From the NCBI RefSeq assembly GCF_009914755.1, contig NC_060938.1: DNA of 64,000 bases, one strand, 5' to 3'. A program made the translations under genes and the position numbers. Shown here in pieces: positions 39,078-51,990 of the stretch. The notes beneath the pieces were generated by a model. That model ran no database searches. It saw only the letters and a list, made by a program, of their open reading frames with translations, and was not told where the DNA came from. This stretch comes from the human T2T-CHM13v2.0 reference genome, Homo sapiens. Within the stretch, counting starts at the first letter, position 1; the number at the start of each line of letters is the position of its first letter.

Positions 39078-42000
39078 ATGACAGGACCAAATTCACACAT
39101 AACAATATTAACCTTAAATGTAAATGGACTGAATGTCCCAATTAAAAGACATAGACTGGCAAACTGGATAGTCAAGACCCACCAGTGTGCTGTATTCAAG
39201 CGAACCATCTCATATGCAAAGACACACATAGGCTCAAACTAAAGAGATGGAGGAAAATTTACCAAGCAAATGGAAAGCAGGCAAAGGAGGGGTTGCAATT
39301 CTAGTGTCTGAGAAAACAGGCTTTAAATCAACAAAGATAAAAAAAGAGAAGGGAATTACATAATGGTGAAGTATTCAATTCATCAAGAAGAAGTAACTAT
39401 CCTAAATACACATGCACCCAATTCTAGAGGACCCAGATTCATAAAACAAGTTCTTAGAGACCTACAAAGAGACTTAGACTCTCACATAATAATAGTGGGG
39501 GACTTTAACACCCCACTGTCAATATTAGACAAATTATCAAGACAGAAAGTTAACAAGGATATTCAGGACTCAAACTCAGCTCTAGATCAAGTGGACCTGA
39601 TAAATATCTACAGAACTCTCCATTCAAAAATGACAGAATATACATTCATCTTGGAGGTACATGGCACTTACTCTAAAATCGATCACATAATTGGAAGTAA
39701 AACACTCCTCCGCAAATGCAAAATAACTAAAATCATGATAGTCTCTCAGACCACAGTACAATCAGAACTCAAAATTAAGAAACTCATTCAAAACTGCACA
39801 ACTACATGGAAATGTAGCAACCTGCTTCTGAATGACTACTGGGTAAAAAATGAAATTAAGGCAGAAATCAAGTTATTTGAAACTAATGAGAACAAAGAGA
39901 TAATGTCCCAGAATCTCTGGGATACAGCTAAAACAGCATTGAGGGAAATGTATAGCACTAAATGTCCACATCAGAAAGTTAGAAATATCTCAAATCGACA
40001 TACTAACATCACAGCTTAAAGAACTAGAGAACCAAGAACAAACAAACTCCAAAGCTAGCAGAAGGCAAGAAATAAGTAAGATCAGAGCAAAACTAGAGGA
40101 GATAAAGACAGGAAAAACCCTTCAAAAAATCAACAAATCCAGGAACTTTTTTTTTTTTTTGAAAAAAATTAACAAATAATTTTAGCTAGACTAATAAGAA
40201 AAGAGAGACAATCAAATAGACACAATAAAAATGATAAAGGGGATATCAACACTGAGTATACAGAAATACAAACAACCATCAGAGAATGCTATAAACACCT
40301 CCATGCAAATAAACTAGAAAATCTAGAAGAAATGGATAAACTCCTGGACACATAAACCCTCCCAAGATTGAACCAGGAAGAAGTTGAATCCCTGAATAGA
40401 CCAATAACAAGTTCTGAAATTAAGGCAGTAATATATAGCCTACCAACCAATGAAAGACCAGGACCAGATGGAATTATGGTGGAATTCTACCAGATGTACA
40501 AAAAGGAGCCAGTGCTATTTCTTCTGAAACTATTCCAATTGATTGAAGAGGAGAGACTCCTCCCTAATTCATGTTATGAGGCCAGCATCATCCTGATACT
40601 AAAGCCTGGCAGAGATACAAGAAAACTTCAGGCCAATATCCCTGATGAACATCGATGCAAAAATCCTCAATAAAATACTGGCAAACCAAATCCAGCAGCA
40701 CATCCAAAAGCTTATCCACCACAATCAAGTTGGCTTCATCCCCAGGATACAAGGCTGGTTCAACATATGCAAATCAATAAACGTAATCCATCACATAAAC
40801 AGAACTAAAGATAAAAACCTCATAATTATCTCAATAGATGCAGAAAAGGCCTTTCAACAACTCTTCATGTTAAAATTCAATATCCATTCATGTTAAAAAC
40901 TCTCAATAAACTAGGTATTGAAGGACCATACCTCAAAATATTAACAGCCATTTATGACAAACCAACAATGCATATCATACTGAATGGGAAAAAGCTGTAA
41001 GCATTTTCAATGAAAAGAGGCACATGACAAGGATGCCCTTTCTCACTACTCCTATTCAACATAGTATTGGAAGTTCTGGCCAGGCCAGTCAAGCAAGAGA
41101 AAGAAACAAGTGGTATTCAGATATGAAGAGAGGAAGCCAAATTGTCTCTGCAGATGACATGATCCTTTATCTAGAAAACCCCATTGTCTCAGCTCAAAAG
41201 CTTTTTAAGCTGATAAGCAACTTCAGCAAAATCTCAGGATACAAAATCAATGTGCAAAAATCACCAGGATTCCTACACACTAACAACAGACAAGCAGAGA
41301 GCCAAATCATGAATGAACTCCAATTCCACAGTTGTTACAAAGAGAATAAAATACCTAGGAATACAGCTAAGAAGGGAAGTGATAGAAAGAACCAATATGA
41401 TTAAAATGGCCATACTACCCAAAATAATTTATAGATTCAATGCTCTTCCCCTTATACTACCATTGACATTTTTCACAGAATTAGAATAATCTGTTTTAAA
41501 ATTCATATGGACAAAGAAGAGTCTGTATAGCCAAGAAAACATTAAGCAAAAATAACAAAGCTGGGGGGGATCATGCTACCTTACTTCAAACTACACTACA
41601 AGGCTACCAAACCAGCATATAAACAAAACAGCATGGTGATGGTACAAAAACAGACTCATAGACCAATAGAACAGAATCGAGAACTCAGAAATAAGACCAC
41701 ACAGCTACAACCATCTGATCTTCAACAAACCTGACAAAAACAAGCAATGGGGAAAGGATTTTCTATTTAATGGTGCTGGAAGAACTGGTTAGCCATATGC
41801 AGAAAATTGAAACTGGACCCCCTTCCTTACACCTTATACAAAAATTAGCTCAAGACACGTTAAAGACTTAAATGTAAAACCCAAAACTATAAAAACCCTA
41901 GAAGAAAATCTAGGCAATACCATTCAGGACATAGGCATAGGCAAAGATTTCATGACAAAAATGCCAAAAACAATAGCAACAAAAGAAAAATTAACAAATG

Positions 42001-42830
42001 GGGTCTCATTAAACTAAAGAGCTTCTGCTCAGCAAAAGAAACTATCATCACAGTGAACAGACAACCTACAGAATGGAGAAAAATTTGCTATTTATCCATC
42101 TGACAAAGGTCTAATATCAAGAATTTACAAGGAACTTAAACAAATTTACAAGAAAAAAACAAACAACCCTATTAAAAAGTGGGCAAAGGACATGAACAGG
42201 CACTTCTCAAAAGAAGACATTTATGTGGCCAACAAACATGCAAAAAAAAAGTTCAACATCGCTAGTCATTAGAGAAATGCAAATCAAAACCACAATGAGA
42301 TACCATCTCACACTAGTCAGAATGGTGATTATTAAAAAGTCAAGAAACAACTGATGCTGTTGAGGTTGCAGAGAAATAGGAATGCTTTTACACTGTTGGT
42401 AGGAATGTAAATTAGTTCAACCATTGTGGAAGACTGTGGCAATTCCTTGAAGTCCTAGAACCAGAAATACCATTTGACCCAGCAATCCCATTACTGGGTA
42501 TGTACCCAAAGGAATATAAATCATTTTATTATAAAGATACATGCATGTGTATGTTCATTGCAACACTATTCACAATAGCTAATACATGAAATCAACCCAA
42601 ATGCCCATCAATGATAGACTGGGTAAATAAAATGTAGTACATATACCACATGGAATACTATGTAGCCATAAAAGGAAATGAGATCAAGTCCTTTGCAGGG
42701 ACATGGATGGAGTTGAAAGCCATTATCCTCAGCAAACTAATGCAGGAACAGAAAACCAAACATTGCATGTTCTACTTATAAGTAGAACATGCATGTTCAC
42801 ATTTATAAGTGTTAGCTAAACAATGAGAAC
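39078..42830 (+). pseudogene. L1 ORF2p relic (endonuclease, RT, C-terminal), multiply disrupted
   Basis: ATGACAGGACCAAATTCACAC start; ORF fragments [41 protein letters not shown]. Confidence 0.92.
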
Positions 42831-43090
42831 ACATACACACAGGGAGAGGAACAACACACACTGGGGTCTGTTGGCAGGGGCAGAGAGAGGGAGAGCATCA
42901 GGAAAACTAGCTAATGCATGCTAGGCTTACTGGACAGGTGATGGCTTGTTAGGTGCAGCAAATTCACCATGGCACACATTTACTTATGTAACAAACCTGC
43001 ACATCCTGAATGTGTACCCCTGAACTTAACATAAAATAAAATAAAGAATTGGAGAATTTCTCCCTGGGAGGAAAAAAAGAAGGTTAAATG

Positions 43091-43620
43091 AATCAATGCC
43101 CTTCCTCTGGGTGTAATAAGGCTCTGGTAATGTCCTTTTCCCTAAATGGTATGTTTTTGTTTTGAAGAAGGCTCTTATAGGTCACTATGATTACTCTTCC
43201 TCTATCTCTGCCAATTTTAAAAATATTTTTCTCAGCTTTTTACCATTAGAACCCGGTTGGTTCCTGGATACCAAATTCATGCAAGTCTGAAGCATGAAAA
43301 AAACCGTCCCCATGAGCTTCTTCCCTCACCCTAATCCATACCCGGCCTCCACAAATTGTTAAAATTACCACTGAAGTGTTCATACAAGTTACGGCTCTAG
43401 CCACTTCTGCTTCAGGAAGTAGATCTTGGCTATGGCTCTCTGGTGTGCCAGTTTCTCTCAATTTTGTGGTGATGTTTGCCCTGCTTTCACAGTTTTCTGA
43501 TAGACCTAAGAAAAGTCATTGATTTTCAATTTGTATAGCTTTTTTTATTATTATTATTGTAAGGCCAGGAGTGACAACTTCTGAGCCCTTCACATGTTGG
43601 TGATAAATCCAAAAGTCCTG
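43091..43620 (-). mobile_element. 5' remainder of the old L1MD-like host element
   Basis: CTAAGAAAAGTCATTGATTTTCA...GGAGTGACAACTTC...AAAGTCC typical of an antisense L1M 5' end. Confidence 0.65.
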
Positions 43621-44858
43621 TAATGTATTTGTTTTCTCATTTTTTAAAACCAAGTGTTTGAAGCTATTTTATTAAGGGTTTCCTTTTCCTCAAAAAGTAG
43701 ATGCATTAAATATAATCTAGATATTCTACACTCATGAGAAAGATATTTCATTGTATATCATCAGAGCTATAGGCCTACAAACATTTGGACTTTATCAGAG
43801 GTAAATAATAAGAGATCATACTATTAGTTAAAATTAAAGTATAAATTTAGATCATTATTTTTAATTGGTTATTTTTTAAAGCCAACATAACTTTAATTTA
43901 CAATGTAAACTCAGGAGTGAAAGAGCATTAAGTAACTCATGATCCGTAAAGAAAATTTCAAAATTTAAGGTAAGTAATGAGATTTCCCCATATTTTTGTG
44001 TTTAATTCATCAATGTTTTTAAAATACTTAAACCAGCTAAGAAGTGTGTTCAGGTTTCCTATTTATTTTAAAAGCGACTTATGTATTTTTCTCACAAGGG
44101 AGGATGATTGTAGAGGAGTTTAGAGCCTGCATAGTGGCTCCAAGTTAGCACGACTCTTCCTGGTCCTTCCATCTTTCTGCTTAGTCATATTTAACTTGTG
44201 TTTATTTCTTCATGATCAGAATATGTGTCTTTCTCAACCGTCATATGTATGTTCTAGGTAGAAAGGAGAAAAATAAGAGTTTATGTTGTTCTGTCAAATT
44301 ATAGAAAGTTTATTTGATAATAAATCAACCGTTAAAATGTAACCCTTAAAAATATAATAAGTATACAATATTAAAAGAAAGCATGGGACTTTGCACAATA
44401 GATTTCACAATTGTGAAATCTATTGAGAATTTTGTAAATTTTTAAATTTTGATCTGTGCTGTCATTTATTAATTCAGTCAAAATTTGCTTCAAAAACACA
44501 TAGTTGTCAGAATATGTAAGTGCCTTAGAAGAGTGCAATCTATAAGTAAAATAATTCTGATTATTCATCTGAAATAAAGTTTTAAAAGGTTTTGAAAATC
44601 TACTGTCTCTCTTATTTCTTGTAATCAACATATTTCTCAATAGGAAAATTCACCATTTGCCATCAAAATGTATTGTCTGAAACTTCCACTGGAACCTTCG
44701 TATGGCAAAATATTTAGGCATTCTGAGGAGATGCAAAGTTTGGTAAGCAGAATAAATATGTTTTAATATTTAATAATTATAAATGATATTTGGAAGATTA
44801 TAAAGATATTCTTAGTTCAATTAATAGAGTAAGATTTATATATCTATTAAGAGTGCTG

Positions 44859-45157
44859 GGCCAGACAGGGTGGCTCATGCCTGTAACCCCAGCACTTTGG
44901 AAGCCCAAGGCGGGAGGATCACTTGAGGTCAGGAGTTTGAGACCAGCCTGGCCAGCATGGTGAAACCCTATCTCTACTAAAAATACAAAAATTAGCAGGG
45001 CATGGTGGTGCTTGCCTGTAATCCCAGCTACTGAGGAGGTTAAGGCAGGAGAATCGCTTAAAGCCGGGACGTTTCAGTGAGCCGAGATCTGGCCACTGCA
45101 TTCCAGCCTGGGCAATACAGTGACACTCCGTCTCAAAACAAAACAAAACAAACAAAA
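44859..45157 (+). mobile_element. Alu SINE, AluSx/Sz-like, small right-arm deletion
   Basis: GGATCACTTGAGGTCAGGAGTTTGAGACC; (AAAAC)n tail; flanks AAGAGTGCTGG/AAAAGTGCAGG. Confidence 0.94.
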
Positions 45158-46669
45158 GTGCAGGCAACAAATTATAATCAATATTAAAAGTTTTTATGTT
45201 GAAAGATGGATAAGAATTAAAACTTTGATTTTTTGACTGAGAAAGTTAGTTGAGATATTTGAAATTACTGGAAAGCAAAAGGAAATTTTAATGTACTGCA
45301 CAGTAGCCTAGAGTAGTATGTGTACGTATTTCTACTAAATGCAAAAGAAAGTATCAGAGAAAAATGCAAAAGATTTCTACTTCTAGTTCAGGATGGGAAA
45401 AGATGGGGAAGACCAGAAAAGATCTGCATAATGCACAGATCTATGTGATTTCTGAAGGGAGTGGACACGATCAGTCTTGATAAACTGATAACCAGTTAGT
45501 GGATCTGCAGGTTTCATCTGTGGTATTTTCTTTTAGATGATTTGTGTAGTGACTAAAAAATAGTCAATACATTTAAATAAACTTTTTTTCTGGTTTAGTA
45601 ATTGAGGTTGGCCAATGTCTATTATTAATTGTTAACTATTTCCTAATCAATAATCTATCTTATATTAAACTGTACATACACATTACAAGAAATTTGAGTT
45701 ACATTCACTCATAACTGAATAACATATTTAATGCTTATATAGGCATGCATAAAATGTTAAAATCTAGATATAAAAATAAGAAAATGAAACCATAATTTTT
45801 AAGTAATGGAACTTGTTCCAAAAAATCAAATGTGGTTATGCATTGATATGACAATTCTGAATCCTGCCCTCAGGCAGCACCTGAACACTATGCTTTATTA
45901 GCTATCAATAAATTGTCTGCACTGCAGCCTGATGATGGTTTAAGGACAGCAGTGTTAATAATAATGTTCAAAGTGTCAGTCTGGAGGGGAGGCATTAATT
46001 GACCGTATGAGACTATTAAGCTATAAAAACAATGTTTTATTTTGAGCATCAAAATATGATAAGACAGAGCTTCAAATGCTCTTGATGAAGTCATTATTAA
46101 CACACACAAAACTGATTTTCACTCAACTTTTACTGTAGAGAAAATTATGTTCCATCAGCCTTTAAAATTGAGAAGAAAACAGAAAGAGTAAGTCTTAAAT
46201 GCCTTTCTTCCTCACCTTCCTCCTTCACCTAGTTTGCCTGCGGACCTACACAGTTACATTCCCACATGCCTCCAGTGTGTATCTCTTTGCAGATTATTTA
46301 CCTTACATTTCTACATTTCCCCTTAATTTTTTCTCATCAATAGATGAGAAAAAAATTTGTTAAATCATGGTAGATGAATATGGACCAGATCATCCCATGA
46401 ACTACATTCAGTCGTTGGTTTTACCTTTTAAAAAATTCTGAATGAAATATGTAATAATTTAATATTCTAAAACTTTATTTTTTCAGGAATATTTACATAT
46501 ATTCACCCTTCCTTCTAAAACAGTGGCCAGAGCAATTAGAAAACAAAAGCATGAGAAACGGTAACTCTTATAGTTGTATTATGTCTGTATGCCTCCCCGG
46601 TTCTGCAAAGATTGTGAAGATATTTTTTTAGGTCTGTACATAGTTTTAAAATACCCTAAAACAGTCCAC

Positions 46670-46850
46670 ATAAATAAACTCATTACCATAATAATCTTCG
46701 AGATAGAGATTGTCATCCTCAAGTAATATCAAAGAAATCTTATTTGCCTGAGAGATCTGACTCTGAAAATCCCAAAGCTCAAGTTTATCTAGCTAATAGG
46801 TAGTAAGACTGGGCCTCAATCTGGTTTATCTAATTCTGAAGTGTTTTGCT
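46670..46850 (-). mobile_element. MIR fragment
   Basis: CTAGCTAATAGGTAGTAAGACTGGG...ATCTGGTTTATCTAATTC. Confidence 0.5.
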
Positions 46851-47005
46851 ATAAAAGCACTATAGGAAATAAAACATTGGACTCTATACCTTTAGATAAT
46901 AAGAATATTTATGTCATTGAACCTGAAAGGATACTGTTTAACTTTCATGTTCTATTTGTCATTTTTCTTTTCTGCTTTTATATGTAATTTAGATAATAGA
47001 TACTC

Positions 47006-47458
47006 AGGAATCAACCTAAATTCCCATCAGTGGTAGACTGGAAAAAGAAAGTATGGTACATATACACCATGAATTACTATGCAGCCATAAAAAAGAATGA
47101 GATCTGTCCTTTGCAGCAACATGGATGGAGCTTAGAGGCCATTATCCTTAGCAAACTAACACAGGAACAGAAAACCCAATACTGCATATTTTCACTTATC
47201 ACTGGGAACTAAATAATGAGAACACATTGACAGAAAGAGCAGCACAACAGACACTGGGGTGTGCTTGAGGGAGGAGGATGAGAGATGGGTGCAGTTCAGG
47301 GAAAAAAAATTGTTGGGTACTATGCTTACTACTCAGGTGAAAAAATAATCTGTGCATCAAACCCCTGAGTCACGAATTTACCTAAAGAACAAACCTGCAC
47401 ATGTTCCCATGAACCTAAAATAAAAGTTAAAATATTTAAAATAATAATAATAATTAAA
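47006..47458 (+). mobile_element. 5'-truncated L1PA13-16-like 3' end
   Basis: GGAATCAACCTAAA...LEAIILSKLTQEQKT...GGGTACTATGCTTA...GAACCTAAAATAAAAGTT. Confidence 0.9.
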
Positions 47459-47460
47459 AA

Positions 47461-47640
47461 GTGTGAAATGTTGTGATAATTACTAAAATGTCAAATAGAG
47501 ACACCAGGTGACCATATGTTGTTGGAAAAATAGAATGAATAGACTTGCTTGATGCAAGATTGCCACAAACCTTCAATTTGTGAAAAATGTGTTATTTGTG
47601 AAGTGCTATAAAGTGAAGGACACGCAAAAAAGTGAGTTTG
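47461..47640 (+). mobile_element. Tigger2-like DNA transposon 3' fragment
   Basis: GTTGGAAAAAT...ATAGACTTGCTTGATGCAAGATTGCCACAAACCTTCAATTTGT. Confidence 0.75.
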
Positions 47641-47679
47641 ATTAATGCAATTCATTGTTGCTGAAAGATACCTTGAAAT

Positions 47680-48060
47680 ATGAGCTATAATGAGGGGCAC
47701 TAGAGGTACTTGGCTTTAAAAAGACATAGGTGCAGTGACATGATGTTAGTTACATAGCCTTTGAAGCCATGTTGTGTGAAAGAGCAGTTGGATATGTTAG
47801 TTACATAGCCTTTGAAGCCATGTTGTGTGAAAGAGCAGTTGGATATTGAGGTTGGCTACCAAAACCAATGGGTAGGCATTTAGATTTTGGTTCAGTAGAA
47901 AACCTGAATCATCTATCGATTAAGCTCTCAAAAACTAAATAGACTGCTGCCTCCTAAATAAAATATGTCTCCCACCGTGGAAATGTCAAACTAGGGTCAC
48001 AATTCAAGTAATGTAAATATGGATTTTATAGACTTCCAAGATGCTTTTCCAATTTAAAGT
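47680..48060 (+). mobile_element. L3/CR1 3' relic
   Basis: CTCCCACCGTGGAAATGTCAAAC...ACTTCCAAGATGCTTTTCCAATT resembles the L3 terminus. Confidence 0.5.
47743..47844. repeat. Perfect 51-bp tandem duplication
   Basis: ATGTTAGTTACATAGCCTTTGAAGCCATGTTGTGTGAAAGAGCAGTTGGAT x2. Confidence 0.97.
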
Positions 48061-49096
48061 GTTAGGCAAGTACCTTTTAAAACAGTACACGATTTGAATT
48101 ACCTGTAACCACTTTTACTATTTCTGAGAGGGTTTTTTGTGTGTGTGCTCCCTCTGTCATCACATGGAGAGTTATTTTGCCTTTTAGAATAAAATATAAA
48201 AACAAATGCACATCACAATATGCTGTGGCAAACGTTACCCAGAAGCCTTAGTGATGTTGATGCGATGGTATTAGCATGCACAGAGTATGCAACTCGCAGC
48301 TCTGCTGTGTGCACTTGTTCTTTTGCTTTCTCTCATGTGTTCTGCTCCACATATTTTAAGAGAGTTTAATGTGGGTATTCCTATTCAATCCCATTAGAGT
48401 ACTATGTATATTATTGTTACTAAATCTTGCCTTCATAATCATTCCTATGTATGTGGTCTATTGAAAAGCAACCATTTATATCTTTAGGAGGATGAATGGG
48501 AAGTTACAGATCTCGAGCAATAATCAACTTGAACTCATGCTGCTAGCACAGGTATGGATTTTTAATATAATCTCAGGCAGGGAAGTGCTTGCAGGCATGT
48601 TTTCTCAGTCGGGAGTTGAGGAGAGCATATGCATGATGGCAGACACAAGGTAACTAGCCTTTGGCTGGTTGAAAGATGAAGTCTTTATAAAGCTGGATTT
48701 TAAACCAAATGTAGTGCTGGCTGCTGTCTGGACTTACCTAAAACATACACTATATTTTAGAAAGAAGGCTGAGAGTCACAGAATTAAAACAAATAAATTC
48801 CAAAGTTGGCATTTTATATTATCATTTATCTGTAATAAGTGATAATTGATATTCCAAAAATATACTTTGCTTTGAATTCAAATTGTTTATTTTGAACAGT
48901 TAGTGAGTTCATCTCTGCACATGCCTAAAGAAGATAAATCAATAAATAAAAGAATAAAAATTAATACTCTATATAATAAACACTTGATTTCCTAGTCCTG
49001 ATTTCTCTTTTATTATGAAGACCAGAAGCAGAATGTTATTCTATTTTACCTAAATATATATATATGATCTTTAGAAACTCATTGTCAGCAATCATC

Positions 49097-49127
<31 letters not shown>

Positions 49128-49128
49128 T

Positions 49129-49171
<43 letters not shown>
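49097..49171. repeat. Compound (TG)n(TA)n microsatellite
   Basis: Direct reading. Confidence 0.95.
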
Positions 49172-49174
<3 letters not shown>

Positions 49175-49508
49175 TTCAGCACAATCACACAACCATATAA
49201 TTCTGGAAACTGCCTAAAGTTTTAGAGGTCTGCACTGAGACCCATAAAATTACTTCAAAAACAGGGTGTTCTGAAAACGTGTTAATTGATATTTGGAGAA
49301 AGAGCCAATGAAAAATTTCTCATTATGTCCACCAAAACAAGTAGTACCAATAGGTTTATCTGCACCATAAGATACCAATTAGCAAGCTTATATTTTAAAT
49401 AATAAAATTACATGCATAATTTTAATATATGTATACACATATGTATACATAGATATTTTTCCATTCTAATTCAGAGATGCAAAATGAAAGTCATTTATAC
49501 CATCATAA

Positions 49509-49848
<340 letters not shown>

Positions 49849-50360
49849 TATAATTTGTATTTATTTTTTAAGAACAAGGTACAAAGCTATTTATTAACAG
49901 CTGAACTATAATTGTACCTCCTTTTGTCAAAATCTATTCTTTGCTTCCTGTTTACATTGTCAAATGACATTTTAAAATACTAAATGATCTCTCATTCACA
50001 TTAAAATTCTACTCATGTAACTTTCTGCTGCAAATTAAAATAGCCACAATGTAAGAAAAAAATCACGTCAAAAAATAAATGAGGCTAATTTTGTAAGATT
50101 GCAACTCTTAAACAAATAAGCCATCAGATTATACGAGAATAGTTTAATGGTATCATTAGGAATGTTGTTAGACATTTGTATATGGAAATTGGTATGAGCA
50201 CCATTCTAGAACACAGATTTTTCAAAACTTAAATACTTTATTTAGCATCTATTTTCATTAGGCTCAAAACAAATATATCCAGATCTGATGATGTGGAGGA
50301 AGATGGTAGTCATAGGTGCCAGGTAATAAATGTATAGATTTTATGATTATCAAAGGTTAG

Positions 50361-50403
50361 TCATATCAATTATTTAATCCTCATATCAATTATTTAATCC
50401 TCA
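50361..50403. repeat. Perfect 20-bp tandem duplication
   Basis: TCATATCAATTATTTAATCC x2 + TCA. Confidence 0.95.
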
Positions 50404-51804
50404 CTGTAGCTCTAAAAAGGACTAAAGACAATACCTAGTATACAACAGAACCACATAAATGTTACTGACTCATTATCATAGAATTACAATACTGAATATT
50501 ATAATTATAGAAATAGAATAGAATATAGACATAGAATATTATAAGTTATAGAATTGCTATGTTCCAGGTAAAATAACTACCTTTAAAACTGTGCCCAATA
50601 CAATGCAGGGAATTTGGAATCATGGCTTGGAACTGTAATCTCCTCATTTTAATGTTTTTTTTTTTCACTCAATCTTGTACTCCTATAACTTAGAATAATA
50701 ACTTCTATCAAAATTCTACTTCATTCTTTTTACTTTAAACTTAATTGAAGGCCAAAAGAGAAAGCTGAAATAGCAAAGATGACATAGTTTCTTTGACTTT
50801 TGATAAAATATTGTTCACAGCTCAAAGTAACAACCAATCTCATGGTATTGTGCAATTTTTTTAGCCACTGTTTTGAGCTTACCGTGAGCCTGGAGGAAGA
50901 ATTTTCTTTTTGTAGAATCTATCTGTTTGACTCCACTCCAAATAACATTGAGTCAAAGTGCTGCTTTAGAGAAATAACATGAAATATATGATCTTATTTT
51001 TATCAACATTACCTTTCTACTTTTCTAAAGCGATTAAAATGTCTTTTGTATGCTTGCCAAATTCTATGTCTACCAAGATATTCTTAATTTTCACATCTAG
51101 AGTGAATCTCACTTTTCTGCCCTTAACTCTTCTACAGCAATTACAGCGAACTCTTGGAGGCATCTGCGCTACTAAGACAACGGAAGCTTTATGAAATATT
51201 CCATAGCAGTGCAATACTATAACTTACTTTGTCTGTCAGCACCATTCTTTTATTTCTCATAGACCCTTGCACTTGGGAGAAATAAAACGGTCTGCGTCAT
51301 TAATTTCTATGCCCAAATAAAGAGTTTCTCAGCAGGGTGCACATGAGCTATTTAAACTAGAGTGGTAGTAAGACAGTCATTAATTATCTGGAAATGAATC
51401 TTAAGAATGTGAAAATTGTATTCGTGGGAGTACAAATCCTCTGAGAGGGGCCAGCTAAAAGCTGGACAATGACATATTAGCACGATGCAGCAAAAAAATT
51501 CAGTGTTATTTCACACGGTCAGGGACTTTAGGCCATAGGTTAGCCATTCAAGATGATCTTAGAGCAAGGGGTGGCAATGGTACATGTATAATGCATTTCA
51601 TCTCTCTCTATCTAATCAAAAACCATGAGAAGTGTTAGCTATAGATACATGAGATTAAATATAAGATTCAAAATACACAAAACAAAACCAAAACCACAAA
51701 TACTCTTCGTCACCATTCTTCTGAATTCATGGATAGGGTATATATTTTTTTCTAAAGTTATCATTTAGAATAGTTGTCTAAACTAAGATTTGTAATAATT
51801 TATG

Positions 51805-51990
51805 TTATTTTATTAGCACTTAGCATATATTAATTCATTCAATATTCAAAACAACCACACGAGCTAGGTATCTAATAAAATTCCCATTTGAAACATGAGG
51901 ACAATTAAAGCAGCGAAAAGTGAAGTTACTTTCCAGAGCTGAAATTTGGACTCAGGCAGTTCGGCTCCAGAATCTGTTCTTAACACCACA
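51805..51990 (-). mobile_element. MIR
   Basis: CCCATTTGAAACATGAGGAC...AGAGCTGAAATTTGGACTCAGGCAGTTCGGCTCCAGA...CTTAAC. Confidence 0.75.

Larger units (their letters stand above)
36816..43045 (+). mobile_element. Full-length decayed L1PA10/11-like LINE-1 (~6.2 kb)
   Basis: 5' GGGGAGGTGCCAAGATGGCC (YY1-type), GC-rich 5' UTR, ORF1, ORF2, 3' UTR GGGAGAGCATCAGG, A tail; 16-bp TSD AAAAGAA(A/G)GTTAAATG at 36800-36815 and 43075-43090. Confidence 0.96.

Noticed and set aside
36816-43045. Potentially active LINE-1
   Set aside because: ORF1 and ORF2 are broken by many stops, frameshifts and a deletion, and the subfamily is old.
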